From a virus (Duplodnaviria; Caudoviricetes), in the IMG/VR virus record IMGVR_UViG_3300017780_003662, positions 880 through 64,879 of that record: DNA of 64,000 bases; one strand, given 5' to 3'. Positions 53,529 to 61,520 of the stretch are shown here, piece by piece; position 1 is the stretch's first letter; each line of letters begins with the position of its first letter. A model generated the notes under the pieces. That model saw nothing but the letters and a program-made list of their open reading frames with translations. It was not told the origin of the DNA and did not search any database. The position numbers and the translations under genes were made by a program.

Positions 53529-53535
53529 ACAATCT

Positions 53536-54069
53536 ATGGCTACCACGACCTTCCAAGGTCCGGTTCGCTCCTTGAACGGCTTCTACGCCCAAGGCCCCGG
53601 GACCATCGTAAACGTCGCTAACGGCACCAACACACTCTCCCTGACCGTTGCCGCTCACGCTGGCAAGGTGATCCGTACCAACGACGCAACGCTGATCCTG
53701 ACGCTGCCCGCAATCATTGCCACTGCCGATCCGGCGACCTCCGGCCCCGGCTCTGACCCCAACACGCTGAACAACGTCGGCACGACTTACACCATCGTGA
53801 TCGATACCGCAGCGACGGCTGTGGCCATCAAGACTGATGGCACCGATAAGTTCGTTGGCTCAGTGCTGATGGTCGACACGGACTCGTCTGGCGCGACTTT
53901 TGGCTATGCTCCCGCGGCATCGAATGACGTTATCAACCTGAACGGCACCACGACGGGCGGTATCGCCGGAACGATCATCACCATTACCGCGTTGGCCTCG
54001 CTCGAATATCTCGTGCAAGGCGTCCTGCTTGGCTCTGGTGCGGTTGCTACCCCGTTCGCTGACGCCTAA
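53536..54069 (+). CDS. Virion structural protein (head fibre/decoration-like)
   Basis: Thr/Gly/Ala-rich beta protein; TTFQGPVRS, TLTLPAI, TPFADA. Confidence 0.6.
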   Translation: MATTTFQGPVRSLNGFYAQGPGTIVNVANGTNTLSLTVAAHAGKVIRTNDATLILTLPAIIATADPATSGPGSDPNTLNNVGTTYTIVIDTAATAVAIKTDGTDKFVGSVLMVDTDSSGATFGYAPAASNDVINLNGTTTGGIAGTIITITALASLEYLVQGVLLGSGAVATPFADA

Positions 54070-54092
54070 TTTGACCCACTAAAGGGGGCTAT

Positions 54093-54419
54093 ATGCGTCC
54101 AGTAGTCTATACATTGAGCGGAGGCGCTAGCACGTCGAATGTGTGCCCACTCGACCATTACATCTCACCGTTTAATATCGCGTTGGGAGTGACGGTCACG
54201 GGGACAGTTAACTACACCGTCCAGTACACATTCGACGACGTGTTCGCCCTAACTTACGCCCCTGCGTCTGGCAACTGGGTGAATCACCCCAGTTTGACCA
54301 GCCAGACCGCGACGTTGGACTCCAACATTGCGTACCCTGTTCGTGGGGTACGGTTGGTGATGAACTCCGGTACAGGGACCGTCCGATTGACTATCGTGCA
54401 GGCAGGTGGCATCGAATGA
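54093..54419 (+). CDS. Small beta-sandwich virion protein
   Basis: NYTVQYTFDD, WVNHP, PVRGVRL. Confidence 0.6.
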   Translation: MRPVVYTLSGGASTSNVCPLDHYISPFNIALGVTVTGTVNYTVQYTFDDVFALTYAPASGNWVNHPSLTSQTATLDSNIAYPVRGVRLVMNSGTGTVRLTIVQAGGIE

Positions 54420-54985
54420 GCATTGCGACGAATATTGACGGAAGTGCGGCGGGCAGTGGCGCGAATCAGGTCTTTAGCCTGCTGACGGTTGTTACGGACC
54501 CTCAAGCGTATGCAGAGAAACTGCAGACCTTGCTGGCGGCTATCGAAGAGAACAAGAAGTATCTCGCTTTGGTAGGCCCAGCTGCGGAGATCCTTAAGAT
54601 CCGCGAGCAGGTCGAGCAGGACAAGGCTGCCGCCGCTTCTCAGTTGGCCGCGGCTAAGGCTCAAGTGCGTGCGATGCAGGCCGAGGCACAAGCTGTCGCT
54701 GACTCTGTTGCAGCGAGCGCGCGGGCCGCTGCTGACGTGCTGGTGGCAGATGCTCAGAAAGCCTTGGCCGCTGCCGAAAGCAAGCTGAAGTCAGCCGCGC
54801 AGGCCGAACAAGCCGTGCTGGCTAAATCAGCTGCGCTGGACGCGAAAGCCAGTGCGCTGGATGCCGCGCAGGCTAAAGCCGAGCAGGCCCTGGCTGAGTA
54901 CGAGCTGCTTAAGCAAGAGCAGATCCAGATTAAGGAAGCCCTGATTGATATGCACAAGCAGCATATCGCGGAGCTTTCTGTATGA
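54416..54985 (+). CDS. Ala-rich coiled-coil protein
   Basis: Long heptad pattern; ATGA overlaps. Confidence 0.6.
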   Translation: MSIATNIDGSAAGSGANQVFSLLTVVTDPQAYAEKLQTLLAAIEENKKYLALVGPAAEILKIREQVEQDKAAAASQLAAAKAQVRAMQAEAQAVADSVAASARAAADVLVADAQKALAAAESKLKSAAQAEQAVLAKSAALDAKASALDAAQAKAEQALAEYELLKQEQIQIKEALIDMHKQHIAELSV

Positions 54986-55527
54986 CGGGAATCGTCGATT
55001 TTCGGACATCCCTGCTGGATGATAACGGCGATCCAATTACGTCGTTAAATCCACTACCCACAACGGGCGGCGGGGGCGGCGGCGCGGCCCTTTCCGACGT
55101 TGTGTTTGTGGACTCCACAGGACAGCTGTTCGTTTATCGAGACACCGGGTCCGGCGTACCTACTGCGTACGAAGTGCCCGGCTGGACGTCATATTCTCCT
55201 GTAGCGCCTATTTCCGCAGCGCCAGTCGATGCAACGCTGGTTGGGGTGGATGACGCCGCTCCGCTTCCAGTCAAAGACACCGACCTGGAGTTTTTGCTTG
55301 TTCGCGTGCTCAACGCGCTCAATGCCCCGCAAGGATACGATAAGTCCCTCCAGCGGCAGCGCGGCACGGTGGTGTTGGAGTCTGGCACCGTCACCACGGT
55401 GACAACGGTCACAACCGTCACAACCGTAACCAACTTATCTACCATCGATACTTTGCAAGGCAGAATCCAGGTTTATGGGGCAAACCTGTCTGCTTGGGCT
55501 GATTGCGTGCGGTCGCGTATTACTTGA
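54982..55527 (+). CDS. Fibre-like structural protein with TVT repeats
   Basis: GTVTTVTTVTTVTTVTN; YDKSLQRQR. Confidence 0.6.
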   Translation: MTGIVDFRTSLLDDNGDPITSLNPLPTTGGGGGGAALSDVVFVDSTGQLFVYRDTGSGVPTAYEVPGWTSYSPVAPISAAPVDATLVGVDDAAPLPVKDTDLEFLLVRVLNALNAPQGYDKSLQRQRGTVVLESGTVTTVTTVTTVTTVTNLSTIDTLQGRIQVYGANLSAWADCVRSRIT

Positions 55528-55536
55528 GGCATATAA

Positions 55537-57153
55537 ATGGCAAATACGTTCAAAAAAGTAATTGACCGGTTAATGTGGGCTCAAGTAGCGCCGGCGCCTA
55601 ACGCTCACGCGGCTGGCGCATGCTTGGCATCGGATATGCGCTCAGATGTGTCTCGCAATCCGTTTGTTTATCAGCTTGTTTCCGCGGCAGTTTTGAACCG
55701 GTACAACATAGTCACAAAAGGCTGGAATCTTGTTCAGTCTCCGGCTTTGTCGGGTACGTTTGGCGCGGGCGCGGCCATGGCTTTTGCGCCTTCGCTTGGT
55801 TTGGTCGGCACGATTGCCGCAGGCGCTACCACTACGAGCGTGACGCTTTCAACGGCGTTACCCACGGCAGTTGGTACGAACATGCTGGCCAACCGTGGCG
55901 GATCCGGTGAATACGGGTTCAAGCTGCGGATTATTGATACCGTGGCGGGCAAGACTGAAGAGCGGTATATCGTTGGGAATACGTCCGGCACGACGCCCGC
56001 CATTACGGTGCTATCTGCATTTACGTTTACGCCTGCGACCGGCGCACGATACGAAATCGTTGCCGGCCGCGTGTTCATGCTTAATGCAGGCACCTTAGCA
56101 TCGAATATTTGGCGTTCGTTTGAAGTTGCCAGCAACACGCTGTCCACTGGTTTGTCCACGACAGGATTGCCGGCAACGATTGGTACTGATTCGTCGATTC
56201 TTGTTCTAGACGAACAATACACACCATACGACTGCTCGCCTGGCGATGGAATGATTAAGGGCGCGTTTAACTACGACACTGGAGTAGTTGCTCGTTACGC
56301 TTTGGCCGCTACTGCTGCCGGAGCATCGTCATTGACGGGCCAAGCTGCTAATGGCGACTCCGTTGTTGCAGCCAACGAGTATCGCAACTTTCAGATTCGA
56401 ATTGTTCAGGATACGGTTAACCCGACGGCTGTTGGTCAGCGTCGTATCATTGCCAGTCACACTGCTGGCCCGTCGCCCGTTTATACGCTTGGAACGGCGT
56501 GGGCTGTTACGCCTTCAACGTCTGCCAAATACGTTATCGAGTTGCCAAACTTGATGTTGGTTCGTTCGAGCGCAACGACTACTGTCTATACGTACAACTA
56601 CGGCGACGCGACGATCAACAACGGCACCAACAGCATTGCTGCTAACGCGTGGTCCACGACTTACTTTGGTGTTGCTCCTGGCGTAAACGCGTCAGGCGGC
56701 ATGTGGGCTCCGTCTTATGGTATTCAGCCTGATGCTGCTCGTAATGCTCGCCAGTCGTTCTGTTACTTCTTCCGTGGAACAGGAAGTTCAACACTAGACG
56801 TATTAGATATTGCAGGCAGCATCACTGGAACTTGGACTTCCACTATCACTTATGATGGGGCCGTTCTTTTAACGGTCGGCACGAGCGGAACGTATTCGCC
56901 GTACGAAAATGAAGGCCGGATGTTCTACATGAACATTTACGTGGCTGCGGCTGTCAACCAAATGTATAGATTTGACGTCAAAAACCGAGTGCTTTCGCCG
57001 TTTACCCCGACTGACTTTTTGCAGTCAGGTACGTCAGTCGCCGGGCAACGAATGGCGTCTTATGCGGCAATTGATGGCACTGACACGTATGATGTGATTT
57101 TGTTGCAATCTCACACTTCAACGGTGGCACAAGAAATGGTGGTGTTGGTATGA
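55537..57153 (+). CDS. Putative receptor-binding / tail-associated protein (538 aa)
   Basis: Beta-rich, internal duplication (IRI..DT...G..R.I..HT.G..P..T...AF..TP...AKY.I). Confidence 0.55.
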   Translation: MANTFKKVIDRLMWAQVAPAPNAHAAGACLASDMRSDVSRNPFVYQLVSAAVLNRYNIVTKGWNLVQSPALSGTFGAGAAMAFAPSLGLVGTIAAGATTTSVTLSTALPTAVGTNMLANRGGSGEYGFKLRIIDTVAGKTEERYIVGNTSGTTPAITVLSAFTFTPATGARYEIVAGRVFMLNAGTLASNIWRSFEVASNTLSTGLSTTGLPATIGTDSSILVLDEQYTPYDCSPGDGMIKGAFNYDTGVVARYALAATAAGASSLTGQAANGDSVVAANEYRNFQIRIVQDTVNPTAVGQRRIIASHTAGPSPVYTLGTAWAVTPSTSAKYVIELPNLMLVRSSATTTVYTYNYGDATINNGTNSIAANAWSTTYFGVAPGVNASGGMWAPSYGIQPDAARNARQSFCYFFRGTGSSTLDVLDIAGSITGTWTSTITYDGAVLLTVGTSGTYSPYENEGRMFYMNIYVAAAVNQMYRFDVKNRVLSPFTPTDFLQSGTSVAGQRMASYAAIDGTDTYDVILLQSHTSTVAQEMVVLV

Positions 57154-57320
57154 CCCTCGTTGAGATGCTTGATATAGCTAAAAACCGGCTGTCGTATCTC
57201 TCGTTTTTGCGGGAGTCCGCAGTCCGCACGGGGGATGCCGCGGCGTTGGCGGCCACCGAGGCGGACCTGGCGACGACACAGCAGACAATAAACCAGCTGG
57301 AGTCGCTTCTTCATGGCTAA
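57150..57320 (+). CDS. Small coiled-coil protein (56 aa)
   Basis: Hand translation MTLVEMLDIAKNRLSYL...LHG; ATGA overlap. Confidence 0.6.
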   Translation: MTLVEMLDIAKNRLSYLSFLRESAVRTGDAAALAATEADLATTQQTINQLESLLHG

Positions 57321-57585
57321 GAAGGGCGTATCGTTGGCTGTGGGCCGTGGCGAAAAGCTTCCTGTGTCACAAGGTGCGGGGCTTACTGCCAAGGGGCGCG
57401 CTCGTTATAACGCGGCCACAGGGTCAAACCTGAAGGCCCCGGCGCCGAACCCGAAAACTAAAGCAGACGCTGGCCGTAAAAAATCGTTTTGTGCGCGCAT
57501 GAGTGGGATGCCCGGACCGATGAAAGATGAGAAAGGGCGCCCAACACGCAAGGCTGCTAGTCTTAAACGGTGGGGTTGTAAATGA
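57313..57585 (+). CDS. Small basic protein
   Basis: GAGLTAKGRA.YN, RKKSFCARM, SLKRWGC. Confidence 0.65.
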   Translation: MAKKGVSLAVGRGEKLPVSQGAGLTAKGRARYNAATGSNLKAPAPNPKTKADAGRKKSFCARMSGMPGPMKDEKGRPTRKAASLKRWGCK

Positions 57586-57776
57586 GCGAACATGCTAATG
57601 ATGTCGCCAAACAGGTAGGCGACGCGGCGTCCATAGTCACGGTGATCGGGACAGTTGTGGATTATTTACCGGCAATCGCTGCTTTGTTTTCTATCGTGTG
57701 GACCCTGATCCGTATTTACGAAACGCCTACGGTTCAAAGCTGGCTGACTGGTAGAAGGGAAGAAAATGCCGAGTAA
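57582..57776 (+). CDS. Small membrane protein
   Basis: LPAIAALFSIVWTLIRIYET. Confidence 0.6.
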   Translation: MSEHANDVAKQVGDAASIVTVIGTVVDYLPAIAALFSIVWTLIRIYETPTVQSWLTGRREENAE

Positions 57777-58134
57777 ATCTCTGAAACAGCATAATCTGAT
57801 GGCCATGGTGGCCAATAACCCGGCGGCGGCCAAACGTGTTGGAGTTCCGCAGTCGGTTGGAAAAGAGTTCGTCAAGGCCGACAAGGGCCGTAAATTTAGC
57901 GAGGGTGGTGACATGAAAGAGTCCAAAGGAATGATGAAGAAAGAACTGGCCTTTATGAAAGCTAAAGGCGCCCCCAAAGCTATGGTCAAGCATGAACAGG
58001 CTGAAGCTAAAGGCATGAAAAAAGGCGGCAAGTGCTATGCTGCTGGAGGCTTCACCAAGGCGGCTGACGGCATTGCCAAGAAAGGCAAAACCAAGGCCAA
58101 ACAGATCGTGATGAAATCCGGCGGGAAGTGCTAA
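57766..58134 (+). CDS. Lys-rich protein with four xxxGG motifs
   Basis: FSEGG, MKKGG, YAAGG, MKSGG; AADGIAKKGKTK. Confidence 0.65.
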   Translation: MPSKSLKQHNLMAMVANNPAAAKRVGVPQSVGKEFVKADKGRKFSEGGDMKESKGMMKKELAFMKAKGAPKAMVKHEQAEAKGMKKGGKCYAAGGFTKAADGIAKKGKTKAKQIVMKSGGKC

Positions 58135-58143
58135 GGAGCAAGC

Positions 58144-58503
58144 ATGGATAATGAGGCCAAAATTTTAGAAGACTACCGAGCTAGGCCTTCTTATTATGGC
58201 GGGGAAGATACCGGCCCGTCTGGAGTTGCTGCTCGTAAAGCATATGCAGAAGAAGAACAAGCAGCGCGTGGCCGTGGCGAAAAGTATGTAAAGCCAGAGG
58301 GCGGCCCTAGATATATGCCTTCCGCTGCAAAAAAAGCGCAAGCCGCGCAAAGAGAAGCGGCGGCGGAAATGTATCGAGAAACCCGTGGCAAAGCTGGCGG
58401 TCCTAAATCTGGTAATTTTGCCAAAGGCGGCTCTGTGAGTTCCGCTTCCCGGCGTGCGGACGGCATCGCTAGCAAAGGCAAAACCAAAGGCAGGATGATC
58501 TGA
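58144..58503 (+). CDS. Basic protein with FAKGG...RRADGIASKGKTKGRMI tail
   Basis: Variable N-terminus, conserved-looking tail. Confidence 0.65.
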   Translation: MDNEAKILEDYRARPSYYGGEDTGPSGVAARKAYAEEEQAARGRGEKYVKPEGGPRYMPSAAKKAQAAQREAAAEMYRETRGKAGGPKSGNFAKGGSVSSASRRADGIASKGKTKGRMI

Positions 58504-58745
58504 TGAGACCGAGCCGCGGCATGGGGGCCATCAACCCCAAAAAGATGCCCAAAGCCAAAAAGATTGTCCGAAAGGACCATCCGCAGAACGTGGACATGTA
58601 TGCCGCGGGCGGGCTCTACGAGAACATCAACGCCAAGCGCAAACGCATTGCCGCGGGCTCAGGCGAGAAGATGCGCAAGCCGGGCGCCAAAGGCGCCCCG
58701 ACTGCGGCGGCATTTAAGCAGTCGGCTAAGACTGCAAAAAGGTAA
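58503..58745 (+). CDS. Lys-rich small protein
   Basis: MRPSRGMGAINPKK...YAAGGLYENINAKRKRI. Confidence 0.65.
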   Translation: MRPSRGMGAINPKKMPKAKKIVRKDHPQNVDMYAAGGLYENINAKRKRIAAGSGEKMRKPGAKGAPTAAAFKQSAKTAKR

Positions 58746-58747
58746 TT

Positions 58748-59434
58748 ATGACCACATCCGGCACAACCGCGTTCAATCTGGATTTCACTGAAATCGCTGA
58801 AGAGGCGTGGGAGCGTGCTGGGCGCGAGATGCGTTCGGGGTATGACCTGCGAACCGCTCGGCGGTCGATGAACCTGCTGACGATTGAGTGGCAGAACCGC
58901 GGTATCAACATGTGGACCATCGAGCAGGGCACCCAGGTGCTCACGCCCGGTACGGCCACATACACGCTCCCTGCAGACACTATCGACTTGCTCGATCATG
59001 TCATTCGTACGGGCAGCTCGACTACGCAAGCGGACCTGGCTATCTCGCGGATTAGCGTGTCTACGTACGCGACCATCCCCAACAAGAACGTTCAGGGACG
59101 GCCGATTCAGTTGTATGTCCAGCGCCTTCGAGCCGCACCCGAAGTGACCGTGTGGCCAGTGCCGGACACCACCCAGACCTACACGCTTGTGTACTGGCGT
59201 ATGCGGCGGATTCAAGATGCTGGCAACGGCGTTGAGACGCCTGATGTTCAGTTCCGCTTCTTGCCGTGCCTTGTGGCTGGGCTGGCTTACTACTTGGCGC
59301 AGAAAGATCCCGCCCTGGCAGATCGGCTTCAGATGTTGAAGTCCGCTTACGACGAGCAGTTTGATCTTGCTGCTGGTGAGGACCGGGAGAAGGCTTCAGT
59401 TCGCTTCGTGCCGCGAATGTTCCGGTCGAGGTAG
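58748..59434 (+). CDS. Head-tail adaptor / tail tubular protein A-like
   Basis: EEAWERAG, ARRSMNLL..EWQNRG, VWPVPD, FLPCLVAGLAYYL. Confidence 0.7.
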   Translation: MTTSGTTAFNLDFTEIAEEAWERAGREMRSGYDLRTARRSMNLLTIEWQNRGINMWTIEQGTQVLTPGTATYTLPADTIDLLDHVIRTGSSTTQADLAISRISVSTYATIPNKNVQGRPIQLYVQRLRAAPEVTVWPVPDTTQTYTLVYWRMRRIQDAGNGVETPDVQFRFLPCLVAGLAYYLAQKDPALADRLQMLKSAYDEQFDLAAGEDREKASVRFVPRMFRSR

Positions 59435-59436
59435 CC

Positions 59437-59805
59437 ATGGGCAATCGGTTTGCAGCGGGCAAAAAAGCGTTCGGATTCTGCGATGTTTGCGGGTTCCGGT
59501 ACGCCCTGCCGCAGCTTAAAGAACTGATTGTTCGCACCAAGAAAACAAACGTGCTGGCCTGCACAGAGTGCTGGAGTGTGGACCATCCGCAGAACATGCA
59601 GGGCATGTACCCTGTCGATGATCCGCAGGCCCTGCGTAGGCCCCGGCCGGATCAGTCGTTGGTGTATACCTCGGCCCAAAACGGGTCGCGGGATATTCAG
59701 TGGGGGTGGGCACCTGTTGGTGGGGCCTCCGCTAATGCTACCGGGCTCGTGCTCAATGATTTACACGCGGTGGGCACGGTTGGGCAGGTTACAGTTACGG
59801 TCTAG
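59437..59805 (+). CDS. Zn-binding virion-module protein
   Basis: CDVCG...CTECW..DHPQ. Confidence 0.65.
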   Translation: MGNRFAAGKKAFGFCDVCGFRYALPQLKELIVRTKKTNVLACTECWSVDHPQNMQGMYPVDDPQALRRPRPDQSLVYTSAQNGSRDIQWGWAPVGGASANATGLVLNDLHAVGTVGQVTVTV

Positions 59806-59815
59806 GAGAATTAAA

Positions 59816-60013
59816 ATGGGTATGAAAGAAGTTGCCAAGGGCGAAGCAAAAAAGGCTGTGAAGGCTCACGAGAAGTCCATGCACGGGGCTAAAGGATACG
59901 CCAAAGGTGGCGTCACGAGCCTTCAGCGTAAGCAGTTGGGCCGGGGCTTGGCTAAAGTTGCCAACCAGAAAAAATCGTCTTTTGCCTACAAAGGCCAGAA
60001 AACGAATGTCTAA
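59816..60013 (+). CDS. Lys-rich small protein (YAKGG)
   Basis: AGGAG RBS; AVKAHEKSMH...YAKGG. Confidence 0.6.
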   Translation: MGMKEVAKGEAKKAVKAHEKSMHGAKGYAKGGVTSLQRKQLGRGLAKVANQKKSSFAYKGQKTNV

Positions 60014-60263
60014 GTACAGCCACAAGCTGATGGGAAAAGAGGTCGGTGCGGCCTCAACCTACGCGGAGCCACATACCATGCAAGGCAAAAAAGTTACGCC
60101 CGTTAAGGCTGGCAAGGAAGTGCCGTTTGAGCAAAAGAAGAATTGGACCCCCACTGATGGGCTGTCCATGACTTCGAATGACGGCGTTAAGACGTCCGGC
60201 ATTAAGATCCGTGGTACAGGTGCAGCGACTAAAGGCGTGACTGCTCGCGGCCCTATGGCTTGA
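60006..60263 (+). CDS. Lys-rich small protein
   Basis: KTSGIKIRGTGAATKG..ARGPMA. Confidence 0.6.
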   Translation: MSKYSHKLMGKEVGAASTYAEPHTMQGKKVTPVKAGKEVPFEQKKNWTPTDGLSMTSNDGVKTSGIKIRGTGAATKGVTARGPMA

Positions 60264-60270
60264 GGTCGGC

Positions 60271-60900
60271 ATGAACTACGTGACGCTTTGTACCAACATT
60301 CAGGACATCTGTGAAAACACTTTCACAGCGGATCAGCTCGCCATGTTTGCTGAACAGGCCGAGCAAAAAATCTACAACTCTGTCCAGATCCCGGCGTTGC
60401 GTAAAAATGTGACGGGCAGCCTGACCGCAGACAATAAGTACCTTACTACCCCTGCCGACTTCTTGTATGCCTACTCGCTGGCGGTTGTTGACGGGGATGG
60501 GGCGTATCACTTTCTGCTGAACAAAGACGTGAATTTCATGCGGGAGGCATACCCTGTGCCCACTAGCACCGGGTTGCCCAAGCACTACGCGTATTTCGAT
60601 GCGGACACGTTCATCCTTGGGCCAACTCCAGACGACAGCTACGCTACTGAGCTCCACTACGGCTACTACCCCGAGTCTATTGTTACCGCGGGGACGACGT
60701 GGCTTGGGGATGAGTTTGACTCAGCCCTGCTTAACGGAGCGTTGGTAGAGGCGATTCGCTTTATGAAAGGCGAGCCTGACATGGTGCAGCTCTACACCAC
60801 CATGTATGTTCAAGCTATCGGGCTGTTGAAGAATCTGGGCGATGGCAAACTTCGTCAGGATGCTTATCGTTCTGGCCAATTTCGTGAAAAGGTAAGCTGA
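60271..60900 (+). CDS. Phage adaptor/connector-like protein
   Basis: QAEQKIYN, LLNKDVNFMREAYP, LGPTPD, LLNGALVEA. Confidence 0.65.
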   Translation: MNYVTLCTNIQDICENTFTADQLAMFAEQAEQKIYNSVQIPALRKNVTGSLTADNKYLTTPADFLYAYSLAVVDGDGAYHFLLNKDVNFMREAYPVPTSTGLPKHYAYFDADTFILGPTPDDSYATELHYGYYPESIVTAGTTWLGDEFDSALLNGALVEAIRFMKGEPDMVQLYTTMYVQAIGLLKNLGDGKLRQDAYRSGQFREKVS

Positions 60901-60901
60901 G

Positions 60902-61321
60902 ATGGCGATATCTCAAACAATGTGTTCTTCGTTCAAGCAGCAGATCCTGCTGGCCGAACACGATCTGGATACGGACGTCATCAAGATCGCGCTGTATACC
61001 AGCGCTGCTACGCTTAGCGCCGCCACCACGGCGTACACCACGAGCGGAGAAGTGGTTGGCGTTGGGTACGTTGCGGGCGGCGAGACCCTTACGGGCGCGG
61101 TAGTCTCCCTGGACGGCATCGCAGCAATCGTAGATTTCAACGACGTGAGCTGGGCGGCGTCTACCATCACCGCTCGCGGCGCGTTAATCTACAACAGCAG
61201 CAAGAGTAATAAGGCTATTGCGGTGTTGGATTTTGGGGCAGACAAGACGACGACTGCCGCTACATTCACGATCAATTTCCCCGCGGCTGCGGCGGGGTCG
61301 GCGGTGATTCAAATCAGTTAG
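60902..61321 (+). CDS. Virion structural protein
   Basis: SFKQQIL, KIALYTS, GYVAGG, ITARGALIYN, LDFGADKT. Confidence 0.65.
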   Translation: MAISQTMCSSFKQQILLAEHDLDTDVIKIALYTSAATLSAATTAYTTSGEVVGVGYVAGGETLTGAVVSLDGIAAIVDFNDVSWAASTITARGALIYNSSKSNKAIAVLDFGADKTTTAATFTINFPAAAAGSAVIQIS

Positions 61322-61356
61322 CCTGTATGATAAAAGCGCTGTCCGCCAGGCACATT

Positions 61357-61388
61357 AAGGACAGTTTGCGACTGTCCTTTTTGTTTTT
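61357..61388 (+). terminator. Intrinsic terminator-like hairpin within the late operon
   Basis: AAGGACAGT-ttgcg-ACTGTCCTT followed by TTTGTTTTT. Confidence 0.7.
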
Positions 61389-61400
61389 GAAGGAAACGTT

Positions 61401-61511
61401 ATGGACGTGCAGGTAACAGGAGTGTCTGCCACAGGCTCCGTGAGCACCGTGAATGTGTGGGTCGTCGTGATCGACACCCAAACTCCTAATTGGCAGCAGA
61501 TTGCGACGTAA
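61401..61511 (+). CDS. 36-aa ORF, possibly a truncated fibre gene
   Basis: AAGGA RBS; MDVQVTGVSATGSV...IDTQTPNWQQIAT. Confidence 0.45.
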   Translation: MDVQVTGVSATGSVSTVNVWVVVIDTQTPNWQQIAT

Positions 61512-61520
61512 GGATACGAC

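Noticed and set aside
52689-53535. Group I intron around the HNH gene
   Set aside because: The MCP ORF is complete with its own stop and terminator; flanking genes are not split
1562-60657. Numerous long antisense/shadow ORFs in the ORF track (e.g. 5991..7001, 25322..26572, 46467..47537)
   Set aside because: They lie opposite or within well-supported genes, lack RBS and motifs, and are expected at this GC content
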